Source of the DNA: Macrostomum lignano
Lineage: Eukaryota
Reading direction: 5' to 3'
Assembly: GCA_002269645.1 (NCBI GenBank)
Contig: NIVC01000335.1
Coordinates: forward strand, 91,014-155,013
Length of the DNA stretch: 64,000 nucleotides
Shown here: in pieces, positions 23,136-41,523 of the stretch
Position numbering within the stretch: position 1 is the stretch's first letter
Layout: each line of letters begins with the position of its first letter
The notes under the pieces: generated by a model
The model's database searches: none
The model's input: the letters and a program-made list of their open reading frames with translations, nothing else
What the model was told of the DNA's origin: nothing
Translations under genes and position numbers: made by a program

Positions 23136-23589
23136 GTTATTGCCTACTCTACGCGTTCTCATTAATCTGCTTTTGCTTATTGAAAACCTGACTCTTTGGT
23201 TTGCTGCACTTAAAAAGCTGAATGAAGAAAGCTGTCTTCTTCCTATTGAGAGAAATCATGGACAAAAAGAAGTCTGCCCTGAATCTGGGACGCAAGCAGA
23301 AATTCAAGAATGGATCGACATTAAAGACTAGAATTATGCAAAGCACTCAAGATCTCATGGGAGAATGTTTTTTCTAAAGAGATAAAAAGATCAAAAAAGA
23401 AGATAAATTGAACTGAGTGGCTAAAATATTTATTAGAATGCGACCCAGACCGTCCACGCAATTCAGCTGGGATAGTCAAAGATTAAATTTGTTGGAAAAA
23501 TTGCAATCTAAAGTACACAGAATTACTGATGAAGAGAAATGAGAAATGGGGAAAAGGGAGTGTGGTATGATGGGCAAGTGCAGTTAGTG

Positions 23590-24520
23590 AGTTAATGGAG
23601 TGAGGTGGGCGTAAGGGAGTGAGGTGGGGGTAAAGGAGTGAGGTGGGGGTAAGGAGTGAGGTAGGGGGGTAAGGGAGTGAGGTGTGGGGGTAAGGGAGTG
23701 AGGTGGGGTAAGGGAGTGAGGTGTGGGGGTAAGGGAGTGAGGTGGGGGTAAGGGAATGAGGTGGGGGTAAGGGAGTGAGGTGGGGGTAAGGGAGTGAGGT
23801 GTGGGGGTAAGGGAGTGAGGTGGGGTAAGGGAATAAGGTGGGGGGTAAGGGAATGAGGTGGGGGTAAGGGAATGAGGTGGGGGGTAAGGGAGTGAGGTGG
23901 GGGTAAGGGAGTGAGGTGGGGGTAAGGGAGTGAGGTGTGGGGTAAGGGAGTGAGGTGGGGTAAGGGAATAAGGTGGGGGTAAGGGAATGAGGTGGGGGTA
24001 AGGGAATGAGGTGGGGGTAAGGGAGTGAGGTGGGGGTAAGGGAGTGAGGTGGGGGGTAAGGGAGTGAGGTGGGGGGTAAGGGAGTGAGGTGGGGGTAAGG
24101 AGTGAGGTAGGGGGTAAGGGAGTGAGGTGTGGGGGTAAGGGAGTGAGGTGGGGGTAAGGGAGTGAGGTGTGGGGGTAAGGGAGTGAGGTGGGGGTAAGGG
24201 AATGAGGTGGGGGTAAGGGAGTGAGGTGGGGGTAAGGGAGTGAGGTGTGGGGTAAGGGAGTGAGGTGGGGTAAGGGAATAAGGTGGGGGGTAAGGGAATG
24301 AGGTGGGGGTAAGGGAATGAGGTGGGGGTAAGGGAGTGAGGTGGGGGTAAGGGAGTGAGGTGGGGGTAAGGGAGTGAGGTGGGGGTAAGGGAGTGAGGTG
24401 GGGGTAAGGGAGTGAGGTGGGGGTAAGGGAGTGAGGTGGGGGTAAGGGAGTGAGGTGGGGGTAAGGGAGTGAGGTGGGGGTAAGGCAGTGAGGTGTGGGG
24501 TAAGGGAGTGAGGTGGAGAT
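23590..24520. repeat. ~19-bp G-rich minisatellite
   Basis: Unit GGGAGTGAGGTGGGGGTAA, ~48 copies. Confidence 0.97.
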
Positions 24521-25009
24521 AAGTTACCCTCCGGGACAGCCCTGCAGTTAAGTCAAGGGGGTAGTTTAGTGAGGCGGAGTTCGGGATATCTTAGTGAAGT
24601 GAGTGGGCTACAAAGACAGGAAGGGTGTAGAGTTGATTTCTATATTTGTATAACATTTAATAAAATTAAAATAATTGATAATACTTGTAAATTACCATTA
24701 TTATTAGCTACACTAATAACAAAACTGCGAAATAACAGACTTTAAGCACATTGTATTTTGTGACGATAAATATATTACTCGTATACAGGAGCTTATAATA
24801 TAAATAAAAAATTAAACATGTCAACTGCATTTGTCGCCTTTTCATAAGATTATATACTCATTTACAAGCACTGTCCTACACAGCAGAGCTGAGGAAAATA
24901 TAAACTTTTTATCCGATTAAAAACTATAAAAATGTAGGGGAGAACAAAGTAAAAGCATCCACATGCGATCCTACATTATAAAAAATATTTACGCAACATA
25001 TCGGCTAAT

Positions 25010-25257
25010 AGGCAGATGTGCAACCGACAGCCCAGCCGCAGCCATTGCGAGGCACATCTGAAGGCTGCGTACGGCTGTTCAGTCCAAGGACTGGGGGGGG
25101 GGTCGCCACACCAATTACCCCAGCTAATGCTGGCACCTATTTTACAGCTGGGCGAACTGAAGCAATGCAGAGTTAAGTGTCTTGCTCAAATACAGGGAAT
25201 CGAACCCCCGACCTCCAAGTCGTGAGTCCGACGCTCTGACCACTGGGCTACAACCCC
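25010..25257 (-). mobile_element. tRNA-derived SINE with CORE-like body
   Basis: On the - strand: A-box-like TAGCCCAGTGGTCAGA (25250-25235) and B-box GGTTCGATTCC (25206-25196). These are followed by TTGAGCAAGACACTTAACTC...CAGCTGTAAAATAGG, which resembles the recalled CORE consensus (TGGGCAAGTCACTTAACC...ATCTGTAAAATGGG). Confidence 0.72.
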
Positions 25258-25914
25258 ATTCGTCACTTTACCATGGTCAGATTGTGTGCTGAGTCAATTC
25301 TTTTCATTACTAAGCTCAGCTCGTTAACAAGAATCTAATAAATTGAAATTCTATGACAATAAAAATAAGCATATTTTTGTGAAAATATTGTTTATGAAAA
25401 CACGCAATTTAATAGTATTGACAGCCATGGATAAAGTATCGCAGTTGCTGCTACAAGGTACAAAGGAAAAAACTTATTTAACAAGTAATCATACTCATAG
25501 GTCTGTGTACACCTTCCAAGCAAGCATATAGCAAGCGAGGCGGACTAGCAACAGAGCATTTAAATAATCCCCGGCAGCACACTTATATTACTACACTAAA
25601 TTACATACACATAGAGATTATAAAAAAACGAGATTCTTACACCTACTGATCGACAGACAAAGTCAAACAAATTTGAAATTTGACAAACATAGAACACGCT
25701 GACATTGCACTGTTACAAAAATAGTACTCGTAGTGGCTATATTTTATACATTAAGCTGACTGTTATAAGCATTTGATACGGTTAATACGAGCGTACACAC
25801 AGACACATAATCCATTGAAGCTTTCAGGACTCGTGTGTTTATAATATGGGGTTGTTTATAAGCGAAGAAGTGAATAATAATTAATGCGAACTTTGCAAGG
25901 CTCTGACTTGAAAT

Positions 25915-26612
25915 CAACCTGTACTAGATTAGAATCTACATGTACTAGACAATAATCTACTTGTACGAGATCCGAATCTACCTGTACTAGATTAGAATCT
26001 ACCTGTACTAGATTGGAATCTACCTGTACTAGATTGGAATCTACCTGTACTAGATTAGAATCTACCTGTACTAGATTGGAATCTACCTGTACTAGATTGG
26101 AATCTACCTGTACTAGATTGGAATCTACCTGTACTAGATTGGAATCTACCTGTACTAGATTGGAATCTACCTGTCCTGTACGAGATTGGAATCTACCTGT
26201 ACTAGATTGGAATCTACCTGTACTAGATTGGAATCTACCTGTACTAGATTGGAATCTACCTGTACTAGATTGGAATCTACCTGTACTAGATTGGAATCTA
26301 CCTGTACTAGATTAGAATCTACCTGTACTAGATTGGAATCTACCTGTACTAGATTGGAATCTACCTGTACTAGATTAGAATCTACCTGTACTAGATTGGA
26401 ATCTACCTGTACTACATTGTAGATTAGAATCTACCTGTACTAGATTGGAATCTACCTGTACTAGATTGGAATCTACCTGTACTAGATTGGAATCTACCTG
26501 TACTAGATTAGAATCTACCTGTACTAGATTAGAATCTACCTGTACTAGATTGGAATCTACCTGTACTAGATTGGAATCTACCTGTACTAGATTGGAATCT
26601 ACCTGTACTAGA
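25915..26612. repeat. 21-bp minisatellite just 3' of CAMTA
   Basis: Unit GAATCTACCTGTACTAGATT(G/A), ~33 copies. Confidence 0.97.
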
Positions 26613-26736
26613 TAGCTAGTTTACCAATAGTGAAAAGATGACTAAATCTACCAAAATATAAGCAGCCACATTAAACCACATTAAATCTATACTTGCAAAA
26701 CTCACTAACTCGCACGAACAAAATGTATAATTCAAC

Positions 26737-32628
<5,892 letters not shown>

Positions 32629-33694
32629 TTAATGATCGGCAACTTGGGGAGTCCTGAGCCAAGCCGGTTCAATGCATGCCTAGAAGCATCTTCTGCTATC
32701 TCGGCACTGATAAGCAGAGATGGACAGACACGGAGAGAGAGATGGGAGAAGCCGGTTGAGCTGGGTTGGCTAGCCAATAAGAGAGCTCAAAAATAAGTCT
32801 CGTTACTGGCAATGCCCGTAGCAGGCTGGAATATGGCGCGAGATATAGATCAGTTATTATGCGTTTAATGCCCAATTAACGACAGGTGAACCTTCTGTCA
32901 TGTTCTAACTCTAGTAGAAAAATCTCTTTCATCTCTTTTTTGGGTTGCAGCGAAATATGTCGAAGGCGAATGTTCCTCTTTGGTAGCTCCAATGTTGAAC
33001 AGATTAGGGTCAAAGAAGAAGCTGGGCACGCATTCAATAAGGAAATGCACGCCATTGATCTAGTCAGATCTGGCTATTGATACACTTGGCGTGTAGTCCT
33101 AGATTGGGATTTTCTTCCTCAAGCTAAGAAGCCTAAGATGCTCATTAGACAAAGTGGAATTGTATAGAAAAGAACTAAATCAAACCCGGCCAAGGTAAAA
33201 AGGATCCAGACTGTTGAATACTACAATTAGTCAACACACTAGATAGCTAAAGTGCATCATTCATTCACAATCACAATACAGGTTAGTCTGTTAGGCGTAT
33301 AACTCATGCGCTTAATTTAATGGTATCGATTTTGTTTTCACAAACTGCTATTTACGCTGGACGTTGAGCCTCGAGGATACAGCAAAATTAAAGCCAATGA
33401 TTACAAACAGACTTTGTTGTGCTTGATTTGGTTTTTTCTTCGTTCAAATTGGTGCGTGGCTGTCAGCAGCCTGACGTGGGATACAGCAATTTGGGCTACA
33501 GCAGGAAGGCGCTGGAAGTTAAGAATGGCGCAGAGAGGACTGCGGATTCTAAATGTGGCACTCCAGCACTCGCTAATGTATTTAGCAGCCGTCTAAGAGA
33601 CCCCGAAAACCCAAAGGTTAGGGCCACAGACACTGGCTGCTGCTACTAATTCTTAAGAGCAGCAAAAGCTACAGTATAGCCTCTGAGACGGCCA

Positions 33695-34940
33695 CTTCAA
33701 GGCAACCATCTTCAAGGTAACCATCTTTAAAGCAACCATCTTCAAGGCAACCATCTTTAAAGCAACCCATCTTTAAGGCAACCATCTTTAAATCAACCAT
33801 CTTCAAGTAGACCAACTTCAAGGCAATCATCTTTAAAGCAACCATCATCAAGGTAACCATCTTTAAAGCAACCATCTTCAAGGCAACCATCTTTAAAGCA
33901 ACCCATCTTTAAGGCAACCATCTTTAAATCAACCATCTTCAAGTAGACCAACTTCAAGGCAACCATCATCAAGGCAACCATCATCAAGGCAACCATCCTC
34001 AAGGCAACCATCTTCAAGACAACCATCTTCAAGGCAACCATCATCAAGGCAATCATCTTTAAAGCAACCATCTTCAAGGCAACCATCTTTAAAGCAACCA
34101 TCTTCAAGGCAACCATCTTTAAAGCAACCATCTTCAAGGCAACCATCTTCAAGGCAACCATCTTTAAAGCAACCATCTTCAAGGCAACCATCTTTAAAGC
34201 AACCATCTTCAAGGCAACCATCTTCAAGACAACCATCTTAAAGGCAACCATCTTCAAGGCAACCATCTTCGAGGCAACCATCTTCAAATCAACCATCATT
34301 AAGGCAACCATCTTCAAGGCATCCATCTTCAAGGCAACCATCTTTAGGGCATCCATCTTTAAATCAACCATCTTCAAGGCAACCATCTTCAAGGCAACCA
34401 TCATCAAGGCAACCATCCTCAAGGCAACCATCTTCAAGGCAACCATCTTTAAAGCAACCATCTTCAAGGCAACCATCATCAAGGCAACCATCCTCAAGGC
34501 AACCATCCTCAAGGCAACCATCTTCAAGGCAACCATCCTCAAGGCAACCATCATCAAGGCAACCATCCTCAAGGCAACCATCTTCAAGGCAACCATCTTT
34601 AAAGCAACCATCTTCAAGGCAACCATCTTCAAGGCAACCATCATCAAGGCAACCATCCTCAAGGCAACCATCATCAAGGCAACCATCCTCAAGGCAACCA
34701 TCTTCAAGGCAACCATCTTTAAAGCAACCATCTTCAAGGCAACCATCATCAAGGCAACCATCCTCAAGGCAACCATCTTCAAGGCAACCATCTTTAAGGC
34801 AACCATCTCAAGGCAACCATCTTCGAGGCAACCATCCTCAAGGCAACCATCTTCAAGGCAACCATCTTCAAGGCAACCATCTTCAAGGCAACCATCTTCA
34901 AGGCGACCGTCTTCAAGGCAACCATCTTCAAAGCAACCAT
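33695..34940 (-). repeat. 15-bp satellite array B, inverted relative to array A
   Basis: Unit CATCTTCAAGGCAAC, the exact reverse complement of the array A unit, ~83 copies. Shares variants such as GTTGATTTG and ATTGCC. Confidence 0.97.
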
Positions 34941-36126
34941 TGGCTGGAGTGGCCTCTCCCTGCGACAAGTAAAAAAGATTTCTGCTGCTTGATAATTAGG
35001 ATAATGCACAAACTGCATGCCTAAAAATAGCTTAGAATTCATTATCTCCCTTTTTTTCTAAATGAGATTGCTTTTCTTTGTTGAGGAAAAAAGCTCTAAC
35101 CAGTTCATAGCTTAAGAAGGTATAAAAAGCTACGTCCTCATCAAAGCAGAAAGGAAATACCAGACAAAGCAATTACCAGCAATAGAGAATCACAAAGTCG
35201 CAACACATGACCAAACCTATTCGGGGATTAAGGCAAGGCAAGGCGGGTGATGAGAAGCTGGTCTGTCTACTTCAACCCAAGTAAGGTAGCAGGATAACGG
35301 ATTAGCGCACGGCTGAATGCTGATGAGGATGGCTACAGGAGGACCTGCTTGGCAGAGAGAGAGAGAGAGAGACGAAATGAGAAATAAAATAAGTAGGAGG
35401 AGCATTCAGACAGGGCTTCTTGAGCAGTTGAACAAGCTTAGCGCCATAATTCCCATCCCAGCTCAAAGGGTTAGGGATGCGGATCAAGGACTGTACAGAC
35501 TGGGAGCAAGAATAATGATTTAAGAGTCTAAAATAAGAACTTGAGGGTCCCTTACATTGGATTATTATAATACATATATGTGAGAAGGCTCAAGTCTGCG
35601 TCGCTCAGATACTTATTTTGAATTTAAATTCAATACAAATGACGATAGGATCCGGAGAGCATCTGCCTGGCTTAAAAAATCCTTATTTATTCCCCCTTCC
35701 CCAAGGCTTAGCTGAGCTGGTCTGCCCCCCCCCCCGAGGGACTGCTTGCTTGAGCTGCTTTTGACTTTGATTATATTTCAGGAAAATTCGAGTGGGCAGA
35801 AACAGGGTGTGGCAGCATTGCAGTATCCCGCAGCCCGCTGGTTGGATTAATAAAATATGATGCAGGAGACTTAGACGGAATTTTTTTTCAATCAATATAA
35901 TGCATTTTCAGTATAAATTTTTGATAACAAAATATGCGATTTTCTGTTGCAAAATAAATAACTTGCTTTTAGAATTGGGAAATAAATGACAATCGAGTGT
36001 AAAGCAAAGTTTATTAAAATTCATAGAAAACATTCGCTGCAATACTACTTAGTAATATAGAAGACATATAACAGTTAGAAAAATATATCTCAAAAGAAAA
36101 TTCTTAGAAAAATGTTAATGTACTAT

Positions 36127-36707
36127 AATATAGCTTTTTCCTTTTGCAGCCCATTTGGGCCTACGCGCATTGAATTAATCCAAGATATGTTTGTCACTGT
36201 ACTGGAGCTTTTGTCTATGGTAGCAAGGCTGGCACAGCAGCATTTAATTTGGTCCAACAAGCATCAATTTGGTCCAAATGCTGGTGAGCCATTGGACAAA
36301 CTCTTTCCTTCTCGCAACTGTCTGCAGATTACTGCCTATCGCTAGAATGTCAGCGTCTCTACCAACAATTTTCGAGGGGCACTTGGCAGTGGTTTCAACG
36401 TGCTAGTGGATGCTGTAAACCATCTTTTCTTTTACATTCAGCAGCCTTGCAATGTACTATGGGTGTTCACCTCTGTTGAGTTCTTCTATCACAAGTCAAT
36501 GGCATTTGTTTGACAGCCCAGCATATGGTCCACAATTCTGGGGCTGATCTTGCTCCTCCACTGCAGTTGCAAATGAAGCTATGGGCCAAATTTAAATGCT
36601 GCTGTACCAGCCTTGCTACCATAGACAAAATCTACGTTGCATTGGCAAACATATCTTAGATTGAGTTCAATGTGTGTAAGCCTAAATGGGTTACAAAAAG
36701 CTATATT
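36127..36707. mobile_element. Old foldback/MITE-like element with ~125-bp imperfect inverted repeats
   Basis: 36127-36255 aligns by eye with the reverse complement of 36583-36707; shared core TTTTGTCTATGGTAGCAAGGCTGG(C/T)ACAGCAGCATTTAA. No TSD found. Confidence 0.6.
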
Positions 36708-39700
36708 AACTTTGTTAGTTTGCATTGCAATAAGATATATCAAAATCATATAGGCTAGGACTATACTTTAGTCCCCATTTAATTAATCTAACTTTCAAGT
36801 TGTTATGTGCTAACATGATCCTTGTAAAAGGCTTAGCAGTGTATAGGATAAGGCAGAGATGCTAGTATTTTATCTGATTAACAGAAGTGCTAAACTAATG
36901 CCAACTGGTATCCCAGTTTTCAATTTTGCATCTAGAGTTTCAACTTGGATGCCCAATGATTCCATAGGATGCTTAAATACTAAAGATTATATTGTCTACT
37001 TTAATACACTAAAAGTGATAACAATAGCCAATATTATACTAGCTTGGACAGTCTTGAAATATTTGATAGTGCATTTATCTTTTTTTTAATTTAACCTTGT
37101 TTATATTAAACAAAATTAAAAATATAGATTTTATTAGGGAAAGCAATAATATATTATCCATAGTAGACTACAACTGCAGCATGGAATTTATATACATATA
37201 CTTTTTTTTTAAATTTTGCTTTTTTACTTTTTATTTCACTTGCTTTAATGCATAAAATATAGCTAAATAAATATTTGTTTTAAATATTATATAACTTATT
37301 TTTTCCTGATTGGAAACTGAATACTTAGAATAGAAAGATAACCAAAGAAACAAAGCATAAATAAATAGGATGATGCATTGCAAAAATATAAGACAATGAA
37401 TAATGTTACTCATTTGTAAACTTTTAAAAATAATATCAGTGGACTAGAAACTATAATAGAACATTCTTTTATTGAAAAAGGTAGCAACTTTTGCCAATTA
37501 AGCTAAAGAAACTTGTGCTTTAGTTGAAATTGGGGGCATTGATAATAAGAGAGGATATAAGGATGGAGTAATAGAAGAAAGAGCAGAGAAAAAAGACAAG
37601 CAAGTAGAAAATGTTCAAGGCTTAGGCACCAAGCTTATGACATTGTTATGTGCTTGTTGTATTTTTGGTGATATGCAATTAAAGAAATTAGTCAAAAATT
37701 AACCTAGTTTTTTGCTTCTCTGCCAAGCATTGACAAAAATTGGAATGTGATACTTTGCATTATATAGACTGTCCCTTATTAAACTTCCTACTATTTTTAT
37801 TGAAGTGTGATCTAATTCTATTTTTATTATATAGGATATACTTCCTTCAAAAAGAAAATCACAGAAACTGTACACTGTGAATATTGGGTCTTACTAAAAT
37901 GTGTTATACAATACAAAAAGCAAAAAGGAAGATCTAGAGATAGCCTCTAGCTTATTAAAGGCAATTAACAATCTATGGCATATCTATAAACTATAGAATT
38001 TCTATATGGTCTATGAGAATATCATACTTTTGCTCCAAATGCAATTAACTACTTGATTTTTGACTTAATAATTTGAGCAATATTTTGCAGAGGCCCAGAC
38101 CTAACAGAGCTTTTGCCTAGTTTTTTTCATTGTGCAGATAGATAATTTAATACCAAAATTTTATTGTTTTCAAGCAGAGTTTCCTAGTATAAAAGTGACT
38201 TAAAAGATTTAAATAATTCTTCAATAAATACAGCTAACTATTGTAGCCAATGGCCATTTTTGCAATTAGGCTTTGGCACAGATTGCCTATTAGCAGGGTA
38301 GATGCAATCTAGCATACTAGCACAGTCTGGTATAGGAAAGGGGAGCATCTGGCATAGGTAAAACCTTGGTTACAATAGGGAATACAGCTGGACTTAAATA
38401 ACATATTTTACTATTTGTTCTTTTGCTGAATTTATTCTTTATAAGAATTAGATACAAGTAGATACTTTACTAAAAGACTTTTTAAAAAGAGATTTAATAA
38501 CTTCGATCTTTTTATTTTTATAAAAATAAGTCATTCAATTTGAAGCTTCTATGCTATGCTAAGAGATTATTCTCTTTATATAAATCTTAGTATAAAATAT
38601 AAGTACTTTGGTAAAATATAAGTTGGTTCAAAAAAATTAAAGTAAGAAATTTAAATCTAACTACAATACCTATAGAGTAGGTCTATAATAGATCACATAT
38701 AGGAAATCTGAATTTAGAGTAAAAACTTATAGAATTATTAAGTTCTACTATATTGATAATTGACAAAATGAAAAAAGAAGAATATATCTCCAGAAAATAT
38801 ACATTTCCAAAATGGTATAAAAAAATCGAATAAGCTTTCTGACAACCAATAAAAAATTAGTAATAGCTCTACACAAAATTTCTATAAAGTTAAGATACAA
38901 AAACTCTTTTCTATGTATCCAACTAGGCCTAATTAGTAATATATAACCTAAAATTGGTTAATTAACTAAAATAGACTTTAACAAAAGAAAATTTGACTTT
39001 AAAATAATGCATAATTGACAATAATAAAGTACTGAATCTCTTTGTTTAGTTTAGGAATTTTAATAAGAATTTATCAACAACATAATTAGTTTTATTTGTT
39101 TTCTTAAATATAATAATTTTACGATGAAAATTTTTAAATATATATGTACAAAGCTTAATCTTAACAAAATATGAACATGAAGGTTGCCCTACAACTTGCA
39201 TAGCATGGCAATGTGGCAATTGACTATAATATAACAATTTCACTGCCAGAACATGTTAAACTTAAACTAGGCCTAGGCCTATTAATTCATTCACTTGTCT
39301 TATATTTTTGGACTATAAAAAATAGAAAGAAATCGAATTCAAGCGAAAAAAAGTTTATCAAACGATTCTATAGATAGCCGAGATAGGATAGCCAATTTCT
39401 GATTATGCCACTGAGCACACTTCAAAAAATATGATGGGATAGCTTGTGTCGCACCATAGCATGATTTTGACTATAGCCTGATTAAACTAAATGAAAAAAA
39501 AATCCCTTGCGAAGCACCCTTTTCTGATTTAAAATATCACCGCTCGTACGAGTATATTATAAATGCACCATGATAAGGCTCCTGAGTTGGTCCTTTCCTG
39601 GCTCTGCCTTTCTCGGAACTTATAAATTATAATATATATTTAACTTTGCGACGATAATGAGCTGCTTTTGAAAAGGTGCTTAAATTTTTTGCGAACTTGA

Positions 39701-40636
39701 AGCAGTTGAACAAAATGTTAAGAAAAACTTGAAAGTTTATATTGCACAAAATGTACTATCAATTGTATTTCTGCAGTAAAATTTTTTATATATCTGTATA
39801 CAGACAACTTTTTAGAAGTTTATGTGTAAAATTCCCATTTACTTTGGTCACTTTACTAGTTCAACTAAGTTAATTCGCGACATTTTTTAAGACATGCAAT
39901 AGTATTTGAAGCTGCTAAATATAGCAACCAACTTCTTCCATCCATGTGTATCTTTGGTAGTTTATAGTAAAAACATACTATTTATATTTTATAGACTATA
40001 TGTCGATCTATAATGTGATGTGATAATGTGATTTGTAAAGGTCTTTTTGACCTATACAAAATACAAAACAAAAATATGACAATTGGGCAAGGCGCTACTG
40101 TCATTGCAATCTAGCAGTCGCAATGGGCGTATAATAGACTATAGTTTTTTAATATATAATTTTTATCTACAATCTACTCTATTGTACAGGTTCTATTTTT
40201 ATATTGCGACTTCCACAATAGATAAACAGTATATTTGTATTGCACTGCACTTAGCCACCACATTTAAAATTCACTGCATGTGATTTCTTTGGACACATAT
40301 GTCATTAAACGCATTTTAAAAAAAATTATTGTTATATGGTTAGGTATAGTGTCTCCTCGTGTGTGCTTAAAAATATTCAACTGCTTTAATATTTTCACAC
40401 ACCAGAAACTGCCATTGTGCATTAGATCCTAATTGAGACAGATTTCAATTTAATTCTATTTAAATCAATTTAATTCCTTTTTAAAGCTAAAAAATTGAAT
40501 TTGGATTTGTCAATTTGTGCTAAAAATCTTTAAATAGCAGGCTTTTAAGTTATTTAAAAGTTTAAAAACAGAATTCTTAAAATGCATAGATTTGACATTT
40601 GTGCAGTAAAAAGTAAAAAAGACAGTAAATATTTTT

Positions 40637-41434
40637 CAGTGTTGGGCACAGGTCCGATACTCCGATACTCAAATGGTATCGGCCCTTGGTATCGCCAATA
40701 CATTTTCTTAAGTCCGATAATCCGATACATTTAATCAAACTAATAGTAATAAATTTGACTAAAAAGCCTAGAAAGTATTAAAGAAGTCTCCGGGGCAACC
40801 AGCATATCCCACTCGAGCCGCTCTGAATTGAATTCTGAAATGATATTAGCTATTAAGCGAGTAGGTTCCTGTTAAATTGTTCATAAATTTAATTTAGTGA
40901 AAGTCAAGTAACATCTAATTTCTAATTAATGAGTTGGAGTTTTTACATTATTTTGCACATTATTTTTTTTTTGTATCATGTAATCTTTTCATCTTAATGT
41001 ACTAGGTAGGTGCAAATTCTAGTATAAAAATATAATGAAAGTTCTCTGTGCTAAGCGCGCTCCACTGGTCGATTTGACCCTCATGATGAGACTGGTACTT
41101 CTCCGGGGCAATCAGCATATTTATAACATTTATAGCAAATTTATAACAATATTTTGCCCATTTAATCTTCTTCTCTGGTCAGCCATGTCTCACTAGAGTC
41201 TTTATTGTCTAAAAATTAAGTAGCTAAGAGCTTTTTCTTCATTTTTGGCTTGATAGATGCAGAAAAGTGAGAAAACACGAAAAATGATGTATCTGACCAA
41301 GTATCGGAATAAAGTATTGCGCGATACTCAAATTTTTGTATTGGACCAACAAATATCGCCGATACCTTTCAGAGTATCGGTATCGGAGTATCGCTTTAAA
41401 GCGATACTTTTTTAAAGTATCGCGCCCAACACTG
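40637..41434. mobile_element. Non-autonomous hAT-type element, 798 bp
   Basis: TIR CAGTGTTGGGC (40637) / GCCCAACACTG (ends 41434). 8-bp TSD ATATTTTT at 40629-40636 and 41435-41442. Multiple subterminal CCGATAC/GTATCGG motifs at both ends. Confidence 0.9.
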
Positions 41435-41523
41435 ATATTTTTCATATGGGTATTTTGTTTTTATTTTATGCTAACAACTGAGAAAATATTTTATTTTCAG
41501 CCAGCCAAATCTACACTCCAACT

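Noticed and set aside
25190-25257. tRNA gene
   Set aside because: It has A/B boxes but no complete acceptor stem or cloverleaf, and it continues into a SINE-like body.
33419-35523. Short ORFs 33419-33649 and 35317-35523 as a divergent gene
   Set aside because: No recognisable domain or consistent splice chain.
36800-40600. AT-rich stretch with recurrent TAGGCCTA motifs as a decayed transposase region
   Set aside because: No ORF, termini or motifs could be supported by eye.
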